Shown here piece by piece: positions 16,007 through 26,129 of a stretch of DNA of 62,853 nucleotides; within the stretch, counting starts at the first letter, position 1, and each line of letters opens with the position of its first letter. The notes beneath the pieces are model-generated. The model was not told where the DNA came from and ran no database searches. It was given only the letters and a program-made list of their open reading frames with translations. The stretch is from IMG/VR virus record IMGVR_UViG_3300037419_001387; one strand, given 5' to 3'. Made by a program: the position numbers and the translations under genes. The stretch comes from a virus.

Positions 16007-17299
16007 ATGCAAACCTCCGTTCCGTCGGGCAGCAACCTCGCCCTGACGCAATACAGCGTTGCCGTGACCGCGCAAATCATCCGCGCCCCGGGCAACGTCA
16101 ACTCCCTCACGGGCCCCGCGCCCAAGCAGGCCAGCGCTGAAGCGAACCTGAAGCTCCAGACGGATCCCGGCATGCCGTTCGTGCGCGTCACGGACCTGTC
16201 GACCGATCCCAAGGGCGACACGGTGACCGTCGATGCGTTCGACGTGACCGGCGGCAAGCCGATCATGGGCGACCGCAACGCCGAAGGCCGTGGCGCGAAG
16301 CTGAGCTCGTCCACGTTCTCGGCCAAGATCGACCTCGCAACGTTCAACGTGGACGCCGGCGGCAAGATGAGCCGCCAGCGCACGCGCTACGACCTGCGTT
16401 CGATCGCCAAGGCGCAGATCGCTGCGTACTTCCCGCGCTTCGTGTGGCAGCGCTGCCTCGTGCACCTCGCGGGCGCACGCGGCGCGCAGGCTGGCCAAGC
16501 GTGGGACGTGCCGCTTTCGACCGATGCGGACTTCACCGACATCATGGTCAACCCCGTGCTCGCGCCGACGTACAACCGCCACTGGGTGGTGAACGCCGGC
16601 TCGCTCACGCAAGGCGGCCTGCAGCTGGGCTCGCTGGCAACGACCGACGTGTGGAAGCTGTCGGTCCTCGACGACCTCGCGTTCATGCTGGACTCGATGG
16701 AAACGAAGCTCGCGCCGCCGAAGTTCACCGGCGACCAGCAAGCCAGCGACTCGCCCCTGAAGGGCGTGCTGCTGCTGCCCCCGGGCTCGTACAACGCGCT
16801 GATCACCGACATCAGCTCGTCGACGTCGAACCTGCGTGCCTACCAGGCCGCGGCGCTCGAGCGCGCGAAGTTCGCCGGCAATCACCCGATCTTCATGGGT
16901 GAGGCTGGCATGTGGCGCAACATCCTCGTGAAGAAAATCGATTACTCGATCTTCTTCAACGGCGGCGACTCCTACCAGTACGTCACGTTGGCCAACAAGC
17001 TGACGGCGACGGAATCGGCAGGCACGGTCGCGGCGCTGGATGCGACCCACATCGCCGAGCGCGGGATCCTGCTGGGTGCCCAGGCGCTGGCACGTTGCGA
17101 AGGTGCATCGAACAGCGGCGTGCAAGCGGCGCTGATCGAGAACACCTACAACGCCGGCCGCAACTACGAGTACCTCGGCGAGTTCATGGGCGGTGAGACG
17201 AAGTTCCGTTTCAAGTTCAAGAACACGAACGGCGACCAGGAGCCCACCGACAACGGCGTGATCGTCATCGACGCGGCCGCTACCAAGCGCGTCCTGTGA
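16007..17299 (+). CDS. Major capsid protein (recalls the N4 gp56-type family; unverified)
   Basis: 430 aa, following the scaffold gene. Contains PFVRVTDLSTDPKGDTVTVDAFDVTGGKPIMGDRNAEG. A strong hairpin lies downstream. Confidence 0.8.
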   Translation: MQTSVPSGSNLALTQYSVAVTAQIIRAPGNVNSLTGPAPKQASAEANLKLQTDPGMPFVRVTDLSTDPKGDTVTVDAFDVTGGKPIMGDRNAEGRGAKLSSSTFSAKIDLATFNVDAGGKMSRQRTRYDLRSIAKAQIAAYFPRFVWQRCLVHLAGARGAQAGQAWDVPLSTDADFTDIMVNPVLAPTYNRHWVVNAGSLTQGGLQLGSLATTDVWKLSVLDDLAFMLDSMETKLAPPKFTGDQQASDSPLKGVLLLPPGSYNALITDISSSTSNLRAYQAAALERAKFAGNHPIFMGEAGMWRNILVKKIDYSIFFNGGDSYQYVTLANKLTATESAGTVAALDATHIAERGILLGAQALARCEGASNSGVQAALIENTYNAGRNYEYLGEFMGGETKFRFKFKNTNGDQEPTDNGVIVIDAAATKRVL

Positions 17300-17305
17300 T
17301 GAACG

Positions 17306-17347
17306 GGGGCGGCCTCGCGCCGCCCCGACCTGACAGCCTTTCGGCTG
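17306..17347 (+). promoter_or_regulatory. Two GC-rich hairpins after the capsid gene (attenuator or RNA-stability elements; no U tract)
   Basis: GGGGCGGC-CTCGC-GCCGCCCC (17306..17326) and CAGCC-TTTC-GGCTG (17334..17347). Confidence 0.35.
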
Positions 17348-17381
17348 CCTCAGAACCTCCCTTCAACTTCTGGAGCAATCC

Positions 17382-17963
17382 ATGAAAAAGTCTCTGCTCG
17401 CCTTGGCCGCTCTGGCCGCGATGGGCGAATCCTCTGCGGCCGGCTGGTCGCGCAAGGGCGCGGACGAGCCGCGTGGTCACCAGCTGCGCGCGCTCGACGC
17501 GGGCGGCCTGATGGCCAACGTCGACTCGAGCACGCTCAACGACAACAACTTCATGCAGGCGTTCGGCAATGCCGTCGTGGCCAGCGGCAAGCTCTCTCTT
17601 GCTGCGAACCCGACGGCCGCCGATGTGCTGCGCATCATGCGCATCCCTGCCGGCACGAAGGTCGAGGCGCTGATCGTCGCGGCCGATGACTGCGATTCGA
17701 ACGGCACCCCGACGTTCGTCGTCAGCATCGGCTACGCGCCGGTGAACAGCAACGACGGTCCCACGGCCAGCGCTGCGTACTTCGCGGCCGCCGGCCAGAC
17801 GTTCCTCGAGACGGGTACCAGCGGGCTTGTGTATCGCAAGTTCGACGCGATCACGTTCGAAAAGGACGTGTACCTGACGATGACCGTCGGCACCGCTGCT
17901 GCCACGTTCGCGGCGGGCGCGATCTACGCCACCGCGATCGGCAGCGCCCGCGGCGTCAAGTAA
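17382..17963 (+). CDS. Beta-rich protein with a signal-peptide-like N-terminus (decoration or secreted protein?)
   Basis: GGAG RBS. MKKSLLALAALAAMGESSAAG looks like a Sec leader. High GC3 starts at 17382. An alternative start is the ATG at 17511 (MANVD...). Confidence 0.55.
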   Translation: MKKSLLALAALAAMGESSAAGWSRKGADEPRGHQLRALDAGGLMANVDSSTLNDNNFMQAFGNAVVASGKLSLAANPTAADVLRIMRIPAGTKVEALIVAADDCDSNGTPTFVVSIGYAPVNSNDGPTASAAYFAAAGQTFLETGTSGLVYRKFDAITFEKDVYLTMTVGTAAATFAAGAIYATAIGSARGVK

Positions 17964-18046
17964 GCAGTCCGCCGCAGCGCGGATCGCTGCATCCCGAAGG
18001 GGCCGGTTCTTCTGCAAGGGCTGGCCCTTTCTTTTCGGAGACATCC

Positions 18047-18451
18047 ATGGTGAAGATCAAGTACGTCGGCCTGAAAACCGACGGCGAGCGCGCCTTCAAG
18101 GAACTCACCGGCATCGAGTGGTTCCCCGGCGACGTCAAGGAAGTCAGTGACGAGCACGCGAAGGTGATGCTGCGCCACGGCGACGTGTTCGCCCAGGCTG
18201 GCGGCGAGAGCGTCAAGCCCTCGAAGGCCGAGCCGAAGCTGCAGCGCATTGCTGCTGACGACATGACGGCCGACGATGAAGCCATCGACCGCGAAGAGGC
18301 CGCTCGCAAGGCCAAGCAGGACGCGCAGAAGCAGGCGAAGGTCGAAGGCGAAGGCGAAGGCAAGCCCGCTCAGGAAGCGGCGCCGCCTGCACCTGCCAAG
18401 AAGGCCTCCAAGCCAGCGGCCAAGAGCGCAGCCAAGAAGGCGAAGAAGTAA
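18047..18451 (+). CDS. Hypothetical virion-module protein with a histone-H1-like Lys/Ala/Pro tail
   Basis: The C-terminus is APPAPAKKASKPAAKSAAKKAKK. Confidence 0.55.
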   Translation: MVKIKYVGLKTDGERAFKELTGIEWFPGDVKEVSDEHAKVMLRHGDVFAQAGGESVKPSKAEPKLQRIAADDMTADDEAIDREEAARKAKQDAQKQAKVEGEGEGKPAQEAAPPAPAKKASKPAAKSAAKKAKK

Positions 18452-18454
18452 GCC

Positions 18455-18781
18455 ATGGCACGCACGGTGCAAGAGGCCATCACGCGAGCGCGCAAGGCGA
18501 TCGCCGACCCGAGCGGTAAGCGGGCCGACGACACGACTTGCTGCGGCTACGCCGTGGAGGCCGTGAACCTGATCAAGGGCGCGCGGCCTGACCTCTTCAT
18601 CGGCGTGTTCGCGGTGTCCTACGACACGCTGGCGACAACCGACCCGCTGCCCGTACCCGACCAGTTCTTCCTCACCGTCGCCACGCTGATCGGCACGATG
18701 ATCGAACTACAGGACGAAGAGACGTCGGATCACGCGCGCGGGACGCTGTTGTCGCAAATCGCGATGGGAGCGCTCAAGTGA
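18455..18781 (+). CDS. Head-tail connector/adaptor candidate
   Basis: 108 aa, positioned between the capsid and tail genes. Confidence 0.45.
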   Translation: MARTVQEAITRARKAIADPSGKRADDTTCCGYAVEAVNLIKGARPDLFIGVFAVSYDTLATTDPLPVPDQFFLTVATLIGTMIELQDEETSDHARGTLLSQIAMGALK

Positions 18782-19422
18782 AGCCGCTGTCCTACTTCTA
18801 CGACTTCGTGATGCCTGAGCTGCCGGGCGTGACGACCGCGCTGGTCGACCTGCACCTGGTGCACGTGGCGCGCGACTTCTGCACGCGATCGCGGGCATGG
18901 CGAGACGACTTCACCCCGATCGACGTGCTGGCGGGCGTGGCCACCTACGACCTGTCGCCTTCGCAGGGCAGCTCCGAGACTGTGACGATCAACAAGCTCA
19001 CGCTCAATGGCGACTTGCTGTTCGATGACCAGTGGGAGCGCAACCGGCACTGCGTCACTCCCACGCCGGATCTGCCGAAGTACACGCAGCGCACGCCGTT
19101 CTCGCTTGGCGATGACTCCAAGACGATCACGCTGATCGATGACGAGGTGCCCGACGCCGATGCGACCGCAGCGCTCCTTCTGACCGGCTCGATCCGGCCG
19201 GCGGTGACTGCGAAGAACCTGCCCGACCTGCTCACGACCACGTGGCTCGAGGCGATGCGCACCGGCTTGTTGTTCCGCCTGATGGTGATGCCAACCAAGC
19301 CGTGGACCCAGCTGGCCCAGGCGGGCATGTACCGCTCGGATTACGAGCGCCTCATCGGCGCTGCGGCGGCTTTCGCCCAGCGCGGCAACGTCAACCAGCG
19401 GCTGCGTTCGCGGCCTTACTAA
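18778..19422 (+). CDS. Head-tail connector/adaptor candidate
   Basis: GTGA overlap. 214 aa. MKPLSYFYDFVMPELPGVTTALVDLHL... Confidence 0.45.
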   Translation: MKPLSYFYDFVMPELPGVTTALVDLHLVHVARDFCTRSRAWRDDFTPIDVLAGVATYDLSPSQGSSETVTINKLTLNGDLLFDDQWERNRHCVTPTPDLPKYTQRTPFSLGDDSKTITLIDDEVPDADATAALLLTGSIRPAVTAKNLPDLLTTTWLEAMRTGLLFRLMVMPTKPWTQLAQAGMYRSDYERLIGAAAAFAQRGNVNQRLRSRPY

Positions 19423-19444
19423 GTTTTTTCAGGAGAGCACTGCC

Positions 19445-20365
19445 ATGGCAAACATGAGCGATTACGTAGAGAACCTGCTCGTCGACGGCATGCTGCGCGG
19501 CGGCTGCCTCACCTCGGCCGGCGCGGCAGGATCAAGCGCCGTCGTCAAGGGCATCTGGACCGCGAGCACGGCCTACAGCGTGGGCGACATCGTGGTACCG
19601 CACGCGAGCATGACGGGCGCCGGCGGAAAGCTGCTGCGCTGCACGACCGCGGGCACGTCGGGCACGACGAACACGCTGGCCGTTCCGAACCCGGGCTCGA
19701 CCCTCACGGACAACACGGTGACGTGGACGGCTGTGGCGACGATCCCAGTGCCGATCAAGCTGTACGCGTCCCTGTTCACGATCAACAAGGGCTTGCGCGC
19801 GAACAGCACGACGTACTCGTCGGGCGACTGCATTTCGCTCACGCCTACTGGTGGCGCCGGCGGCGACACGCGCCAGCACGTGTATCGCTGCACGACGGGG
19901 GGCACCACGGCGGCGGCGCAGCCTGCTACCTACCTCGGTGTTCCCGGCGAAGCGATCACCGATGGCACGGCGGTGTTCACCGAAATCGGGCCCGTGATGG
20001 AGTCCAACACCGGCTTTCCGGCGGGTCTGGCCGAAGTCACCGGAGGCAGCTACGCGCGCGTGGCGATGGCAGCCGGCGCCGTGCAGGCACTGTCGGACTT
20101 CGCGGGCACCCAGTCGTCGGGCAGCACCACAGCATCCAGCGGCAGCGGCGGCACGACGAGCAACAACAACGCCATCACGTTCCCGGCGCCGACAGCGAAC
20201 TGGACGGCGGCAGGCTCGGCCATCGGCATCGTCGCGATCTACGACGCGGCCACCGGCGGAAACCTGTGGTGGTGGGCAGCGCTGAATGTGCCCAAGAGCG
20301 TGAACAACGGCGACTCGGCGCCCAGCTTCACGGCCGCATCCCTGTCGATCCAGATCGACAACTGA
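19445..20365 (+). CDS. Tail fibre-like protein with an internal duplicated motif
   Basis: The motif Y..GD...RCTT.GT.G....P..G....D.TV.WT occurs twice (...YSVGDIV...LLRCTTAGTSG...DNTVTWTAV and ...YSSGDCI...VYRCTTGGTTA...DGTAVFTEI). Confidence 0.65.
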   Translation: MANMSDYVENLLVDGMLRGGCLTSAGAAGSSAVVKGIWTASTAYSVGDIVVPHASMTGAGGKLLRCTTAGTSGTTNTLAVPNPGSTLTDNTVTWTAVATIPVPIKLYASLFTINKGLRANSTTYSSGDCISLTPTGGAGGDTRQHVYRCTTGGTTAAAQPATYLGVPGEAITDGTAVFTEIGPVMESNTGFPAGLAEVTGGSYARVAMAAGAVQALSDFAGTQSSGSTTASSGSGGTTSNNNAITFPAPTANWTAAGSAIGIVAIYDAATGGNLWWWAALNVPKSVNNGDSAPSFTAASLSIQIDN

Positions 20366-20379
20366 TCGGGGAGTAGCCC

Positions 20380-21255
20380 ATGGCGTTCCGACGAGACGCG
20401 CGCGTCGCGGAGACGAGCTCGAGCACCGGCACCGGCACGATCGCGCTGGCCGGTGCCTACGACAACTCGTATCGCCGCTTCAGTGCGGTGTGCTCGGTCA
20501 ACGACACGTTCTCCTACACCATCGTGGGCAGCGATGGCTCGTGGGAGCGTGGCGTTGGCACCTACAGCGCCACGAACACGCTCACGCGCACGACGGTCAA
20601 GCAAAGCACGAACGGCAATGCGGCGGTGAGTTTCACGGCCACGTCGCTGACGGTGTTCATGGACCAGCCGGACGTGGAAGATGCCACGCACGGCATGGCG
20701 GTCAAGAACCCGCCCGACGACAACGACGAATTCACGGCGGCGGACAGCGCAGCGAGCTTCGTGCTGAAGAAGATCACCTGGACGGTGATCAAGAGCACGT
20801 TCCTGTCGTACTTCAATTCGGTCACCTCGACGCTGACGAACAAGACGCTCAACCTGGCCCGCGTCGTGGCGCCGATCGAGAAGTTCACCGTGCTGGGGGC
20901 TGCGACGGGCACGGTGAATTACGACTGCAACACGCCGGTCGCGGACTTCTACCACAGCACCAACGCGAGCGCGAACTGGACGATCAATCTGCGCGGTGAC
21001 GCCGGAACGACGCTGGCGAGCCTGCTCAACGCGAACGAGGAAATCACCGTCGTCATTCGCAACCAGAACGGCGCGAGCGCCTTTTATCCGACCGTGTTCC
21101 AGATCGACGGCAGCGCCGTGACGCCAAAGTGGGCAGGAGGCTCGGCTCCGGCAGCTGGCAATGCCAGCGCCACCGACATCTACACGCTCAACGTCATGAA
21201 GCTGTCCAACACGCCAACCTATGCCGTGTTCGCTTCTTCATCGAAGTTTGCCTAA
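20380..21255 (+). CDS. Tail fibre-like protein
   Basis: 291 aa, Ser/Thr/Asn/Ala-rich and beta-type in composition. It is one of a tandem fibre gene series. Confidence 0.55.
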   Translation: MAFRRDARVAETSSSTGTGTIALAGAYDNSYRRFSAVCSVNDTFSYTIVGSDGSWERGVGTYSATNTLTRTTVKQSTNGNAAVSFTATSLTVFMDQPDVEDATHGMAVKNPPDDNDEFTAADSAASFVLKKITWTVIKSTFLSYFNSVTSTLTNKTLNLARVVAPIEKFTVLGAATGTVNYDCNTPVADFYHSTNASANWTINLRGDAGTTLASLLNANEEITVVIRNQNGASAFYPTVFQIDGSAVTPKWAGGSAPAAGNASATDIYTLNVMKLSNTPTYAVFASSSKFA

Positions 21256-21897
21256 ATGCCACTGCTGACCACTTTCGCAGGAGCATCCGCGCAGTGGTTG
21301 ATGCGCACCAGGCCCATTGCCTTCGTCGACTCCGCACAAACGCAACTTACCTCGACAGGGTCGCTGACAATCTCGGTGACCAAGCCGACGCTTGCGCAGG
21401 TTGGCGACATTGCGCTTGGTTTTTCTCAGATCCCGGGCGGCAGCGATTCGTGGACGAATCCATCGGGCTGGACCGAGATCTTCGACGGGTCGCTCGGAAA
21501 CGGGACAGGCGAAATCTCCTATGGAACCGTCGGCAGTTCTGACACCAGCTATACGTTCACCAGCAACGCCAGCGGTCAGTTGAAGTGCGCCGTGGTGGCA
21601 GCGTTTCGCAACGCCACTTATGGCGTGATCGGAACGATGGCGACAGCCACTTCCACGGCAAGCAGTATCACGATGGCATCACCCGGAATCATCGTCGGGT
21701 TCTTCAGGTCGAACTCGTCGGGCGTGACCATCGGGCTGCCAGCGAGCATGACTCCGATCGCCTCGGATAGCGACGCTTCTGGTGCGTCGTGGGTACTTGG
21801 GTACGAAGTCGTGTCGGCTGGAGCGACAGGAACTCGGACAGCTACGAACAGCGGTTCAGGTAAAGCGGCAGTTCTCGTGGGGCTCTATCAGGCATGA
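21256..21897 (+). CDS. Tail fibre-associated protein
   Basis: Starts 1 nt after the previous stop. 213 aa, Ser/Thr/Gly-rich. Confidence 0.5.
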   Translation: MPLLTTFAGASAQWLMRTRPIAFVDSAQTQLTSTGSLTISVTKPTLAQVGDIALGFSQIPGGSDSWTNPSGWTEIFDGSLGNGTGEISYGTVGSSDTSYTFTSNASGQLKCAVVAAFRNATYGVIGTMATATSTASSITMASPGIIVGFFRSNSSGVTIGLPASMTPIASDSDASGASWVLGYEVVSAGATGTRTATNSGSGKAAVLVGLYQA

Positions 21898-22727
21898 TCA
21901 CGACTCCATTCTCATTCGGTATCGGCGCCCAGGCGATCGGCGCTGCGCCCATCGGTGGTGGGGACGACACAACGATCGCGGCCAGCGTTCCCGGCTGTTC
22001 AATCGCCACCGCATCGATCGAAGTCGCAGTCTTGCTGGCGGTCACGATGGCCGGCACAAGCAAGACAACCGCCGCGCTCACGACAAGCGAGTTGCTTGCA
22101 GCCACCTCATCGGGCGGCGCTTCAGTTTCAGCCGACCTCACAGCAGCCGGGGCGGTGGGCGCCACGATCACGGGCCGCACGAAGACAACCGCCGCGCTCA
22201 CAGCGAGCATCACGCCCGTGGCGATCGCGGGCGGGCGCAGCGGCTGTACTGCGGCACTGACGACGGCGATCAGGCCCAGCGTGTCCTCGGCCGGCGGTGC
22301 GAAGTTCACCGCGGACCTGCAAACATCCGGCGCGATGCTGGTGGCGACCGCGACCGGTGCTGCAAGGACGACCGCTGCGCTGCTCGCCTCGGTTCGTCTT
22401 GCGGCTTCTGCAACCGCGAGCTCGAGCGCATCGGCTGACCTGCGCGTCGGCGCTCGCATGAAAGCGAGTGCAGCGTCCGCCGCGGCGATCACCGCCAGCC
22501 TGCTCATCGCAATCAGGGAGGCCGCGTTCGGCGGCAAGAGCTCGATCAGCGCGGACCTGTCGGTGCGCACGCTGGCCGAGTTCCTCGACGACCCGGTTGC
22601 CACGGTGCCCGTGCAGACACTGAGCGCCGAAGTCACCGTGGTGAGCCTGATCGGTACCGTGCCCCTGACCGACAACACCGCTGCCGTGCCCATCGCGAAC
22701 GAAACCGCGCTGGTGCCCAACGACTAG
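21894..22727 (+). CDS. Ala/Thr/Ser-rich internally repetitive protein
   Basis: ATGA overlap. Good GC3 in this frame. The motif G.(S/T)KTTAALT...SADL recurs, and aagacaaccgccgcgctcac occurs twice 120 nt apart. Confidence 0.5.
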   Translation: MITTPFSFGIGAQAIGAAPIGGGDDTTIAASVPGCSIATASIEVAVLLAVTMAGTSKTTAALTTSELLAATSSGGASVSADLTAAGAVGATITGRTKTTAALTASITPVAIAGGRSGCTAALTTAIRPSVSSAGGAKFTADLQTSGAMLVATATGAARTTAALLASVRLAASATASSSASADLRVGARMKASAASAAAITASLLIAIREAAFGGKSSISADLSVRTLAEFLDDPVATVPVQTLSAEVTVVSLIGTVPLTDNTAAVPIANETALVPND

Positions 22728-22736
22728 GAGAAACCG

Positions 22737-23024
22737 ATGGCCGTAGACATCCTGCTCGACATCGAAAAGAAAGCCGACGAGACGAAGGCGGTGAAGTTCG
22801 ACTACCGCGCATTCCTCACCGATGCCGCAGACACGATTTCGGGCACGCCCGTCGTCACAGCCACGCCGGTCGACCTGACGGTGAGCGCACCGACAGTGCT
22901 GTCGAACATCGTGATGGTGCTCGTCTCCGGCGGCATCGCCGGCAAGAAGTACACCGTCCAATGCAAGCTGACCACCACGGGCGGCCGTGTCGAAGACGCA
23001 TTCGTAAACATTCAGGTGAAGTGA
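22737..23024 (+). CDS. Small beta-rich virion protein (fibre adaptor-like impression)
   Basis: 95 aa. Contains TPVVTATPVDLTVSAPTVL...KKYTVQCKLTTTGGRVEDAFVNIQV. Confidence 0.5.
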   Translation: MAVDILLDIEKKADETKAVKFDYRAFLTDAADTISGTPVVTATPVDLTVSAPTVLSNIVMVLVSGGIAGKKYTVQCKLTTTGGRVEDAFVNIQVK

Positions 23025-23236
23025 TGATCGTCATCCCCTACCAGTTCGATCCCCGCACCGTGGATCTCATCCTCGAAGGCCTGGGCAAGCTGCCCTATGA
23101 GCGCGTGCACGAGACGTACCAGAAGATCCACGAGCACGCCCTGAAGACCGTCGAGGATGCGCACAAGACGCAGGAAGATGCGCTGCGCGCCGAGCTGTCG
23201 GCTTCGAAGCGCAAGTCGCGCAAGGCGGCCGCGTGA
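23024..23236 (+). CDS. Hypothetical small protein
   Basis: The ATG shares its A with the upstream TGA. MIVIPYQFDPRTVDLILEGLGKLPYERV... Confidence 0.5.
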   Translation: MIVIPYQFDPRTVDLILEGLGKLPYERVHETYQKIHEHALKTVEDAHKTQEDALRAELSASKRKSRKAAA

Positions 23237-24447
23237 GCTACGTCATCAGGATCGAGCAGTTCGGCGGGCTGAAGCCGAGCTCCACCGCCAGGCGCCTGCC
23301 GGACAGCGCGGCGCAGGCGGCAAGCAACCTCGACCCGACTTCGAGCGAGTTCCGCCCGCTGGATGCCGACACGCAGGTGGTCGCGAACACCGGAGTCACA
23401 AACCCGAAGACGATCTACCGGCTTGACCGAAAGACCGATGGCTCGTTCAACATCGACATGACGACCGGCTGGATCGTGCGCGCCTCGGACATCAGCTACG
23501 TGCGCGGGCAGATCAACAACGACATCACCGAGCGCACCTACGCAACGTTCAATGACGCGAGCCAGGCGCCGCGGGTGTACGACGTGAACGACACCGTCAC
23601 CGGCCGCCAGCTCGGTGTGCCGGCGCCCACGACGAAGCCGACGATTACCGTGAACGTGGTCGACGAGTTCTCCACCGACGATCGCGCTTCGGCGATCACG
23701 GCCGCCTACGGCTCGGTGGCATCGGCCATTCGCGATGCGCTGTCGGACAACTGGCTTGGCGACACGAACCCGGGCACGACGACAACCGGCTACGTGAACC
23801 TTCAGGATGCGCCGTACACGCCGATCACGCAGGCGCAGGAAGCACGGGTCTACCGCCTTTCGAGCATCAACGGCGCGAACAATGGCGCGCTCGTGGACAC
23901 GTACAGCACCGCGGGACCGGACGCGTTCACGTGGGTGTGGGATGCGCAGGTGCATCCGTTCCTGGCCACCAGCAACGCCTCGTCGCCCAGCTGGCAGGGC
24001 GGCTCGGTCGGCCACTACTACGACCACCTGTGCATCGGGTTCTATGCGTATGGCCACGGCTACACGCTCAACCAGTCGCAACTCATCACCGCGCTGTCGG
24101 CAATTCCGCTTCCCGGCACCACCGACGGCTCCAAGCTGCTCACCTCGGACCAGATCAACGGCACCGACGGTATCGTCACGCGCCTGGTTACTTACATGGA
24201 CCCGGCGGGTGACGTGAAGCCGCTGGTGGACGCGCTCAAGCAGAAGGTCACCGAAATCAAGGTGCTGCTCGACGGCGGCGCGGTCGCTGCGGCCGGCGCG
24301 CAGATGGCCTCGTTCTACGCCAAGACCGACGTGCAGGCCGTCTTCGACGACGCGATCGCGAACATTGCGCAGACCATCTTCGCCACGGCCGACAACTGCT
24401 TCCACTCGTCGACGCCCGTGTACGACTATCCCGGAGGAGCACTCTGA
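23233..24447 (+). CDS. Virion structural protein (tail/nozzle candidate)
   Basis: GTG start overlapping the upstream stop. 404 aa. Confidence 0.55.
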   Translation: MSYVIRIEQFGGLKPSSTARRLPDSAAQAASNLDPTSSEFRPLDADTQVVANTGVTNPKTIYRLDRKTDGSFNIDMTTGWIVRASDISYVRGQINNDITERTYATFNDASQAPRVYDVNDTVTGRQLGVPAPTTKPTITVNVVDEFSTDDRASAITAAYGSVASAIRDALSDNWLGDTNPGTTTTGYVNLQDAPYTPITQAQEARVYRLSSINGANNGALVDTYSTAGPDAFTWVWDAQVHPFLATSNASSPSWQGGSVGHYYDHLCIGFYAYGHGYTLNQSQLITALSAIPLPGTTDGSKLLTSDQINGTDGIVTRLVTYMDPAGDVKPLVDALKQKVTEIKVLLDGGAVAAAGAQMASFYAKTDVQAVFDDAIANIAQTIFATADNCFHSSTPVYDYPGGAL

Positions 24448-26129
24448 TGAGCCGCATCTATGCGTCCGGCGTGCAGGCGACGGCGATCGCCAACATCAAG
24501 GCCGACCTCGCGGGCTTCATCGTCACCGGCACGGACGGCATCAAGCGTCTGGACACGCAGGCCATGAACGCCTACCTGCTTGCGCAGTTCGCGCAGCTGT
24601 CAACCACCGACGGCACGCCGCCATCACCGGCAACGAGCGATAGCGTCGCGTCAGCCGCGCAGACGGTGAACACGCAGACCATCGTCGACACGTTCAATAG
24701 CCAGATCCGCCCCGAAGTGTTCATGCAACGCTCGGACTGGCCACAAGCTGCCGACTTTTCCAGTGGGATCGGCGTCGCGTCCGCTGTCGCGCAGCTGCAA
24801 GCCGAATTGCAGCAGGCCTCGCAGGCCATCAACGACTACTACGGCTGGCTGGCCGACAGCTCGAGCCCCGCGCTCGAAGGTGCCGTGCAGCGCTTCATGG
24901 GCGAAAAGAACGTCGACTCGTCCGTGCCTCCCGGCGTCGTGCGCCTCATCGAGACGCGAAGCGTGATCTACACCTACGTCACCGACCGAGACGAAGAAAG
25001 CGCACCGAGCCCGCCCGCGGACCTCGTCGAGCTCGACCAGAACGACACGGCGACATACACCGGCGCCGCTGCTCCGACCGGGCGCAACGTGAACCGCCTG
25101 CGCTGGTACCGCAGCAACTCCAGCAACAAGGACAGCACGTTCCAGTTCGTCGACGAGGTGCCGATCACTTCCGGCTACACCTACCTCGACTCGAAGAAGG
25201 CCGAGGAGCTCGCCGAGCCGTGCCCCACCATCATGTGGACCGAGCCACGCGCGAACCTTGTGAGCCTGGCCGGCGGCCCGAATGGCACGATGGCCGGTGG
25301 CTTCGGCAACAGCTTCGCGCAGTGCGTTCCCTACACGCCCTATGCATGGCCGCGCGAGTACGAAATCAGCCTCGAATACCCGTTCGTGGGCTGCATCGCG
25401 TGCGATGCCGGCTGGTTCGTCGCCACGCAGGCCAAGCCGTATCTGGTCACCGGGCCCGACCCGGCCATCAGCGTGGGGCGAAAGATCGAGACGCAGCACG
25501 CCGTGGTCAGCCGCCGCGGCATGGTGGTGTGGAATGGGGGCGTGCTCTTTCCTTCGGCGGATGGCTACTGCTCATTCGATGGCGTGCGCGTGCGCAACAT
25601 CACGGGACAGGAAGGCTTCGACCTGTTCACGCGCGACCAGTGGCAGGCGCTGCAGCCCTCGACGATCTTCGCGAGCATCAACGAAGACTCGCTGTTCTTC
25701 TGGACCAATGGCGGTGCTGCCTGCTACGCGTTGAACCTCGTCGACGGCAAGCTCGTCACGGTCGATCGCACGGCGTCGGCGGTGTTTCGCAACGACCTCA
25801 ATGACCTGATGTACGTCACCGACGGCGTTGCGATTCAGGAAATGTTCACCGCCGCGACCAAGCGAAGCGCGCGCTGGAAGGGCAAGCTCGCCGTCTCCGA
25901 GACGTACGTCAACCTGGGCTGGGCACAGGCCGAAAGCGACTTCGAATCGGCGGTGACCGTGAACCTGTACCGGGAAGGAACCCTCACCGACACAGTGAGC
26001 CTCGCGAGCAACAGTGCGCAGCGCCTGTCGAGCGGCCGCGTCAAGGAGCACGAAGTCGAAGTCATTGCCTCGGTGGGCGTGCAGCAGGTGGTGGTGGCCG
26101 ACAGCGCGGAAGGGCTGCGTCAGGTATGA
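24447..26129 (+). CDS. Virion structural protein (tail/nozzle candidate)
   Basis: TGATG junction. 560 aa. Confidence 0.55.
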   Translation: MSRIYASGVQATAIANIKADLAGFIVTGTDGIKRLDTQAMNAYLLAQFAQLSTTDGTPPSPATSDSVASAAQTVNTQTIVDTFNSQIRPEVFMQRSDWPQAADFSSGIGVASAVAQLQAELQQASQAINDYYGWLADSSSPALEGAVQRFMGEKNVDSSVPPGVVRLIETRSVIYTYVTDRDEESAPSPPADLVELDQNDTATYTGAAAPTGRNVNRLRWYRSNSSNKDSTFQFVDEVPITSGYTYLDSKKAEELAEPCPTIMWTEPRANLVSLAGGPNGTMAGGFGNSFAQCVPYTPYAWPREYEISLEYPFVGCIACDAGWFVATQAKPYLVTGPDPAISVGRKIETQHAVVSRRGMVVWNGGVLFPSADGYCSFDGVRVRNITGQEGFDLFTRDQWQALQPSTIFASINEDSLFFWTNGGAACYALNLVDGKLVTVDRTASAVFRNDLNDLMYVTDGVAIQEMFTAATKRSARWKGKLAVSETYVNLGWAQAESDFESAVTVNLYREGTLTDTVSLASNSAQRLSSGRVKEHEVEVIASVGVQQVVVADSAEGLRQV

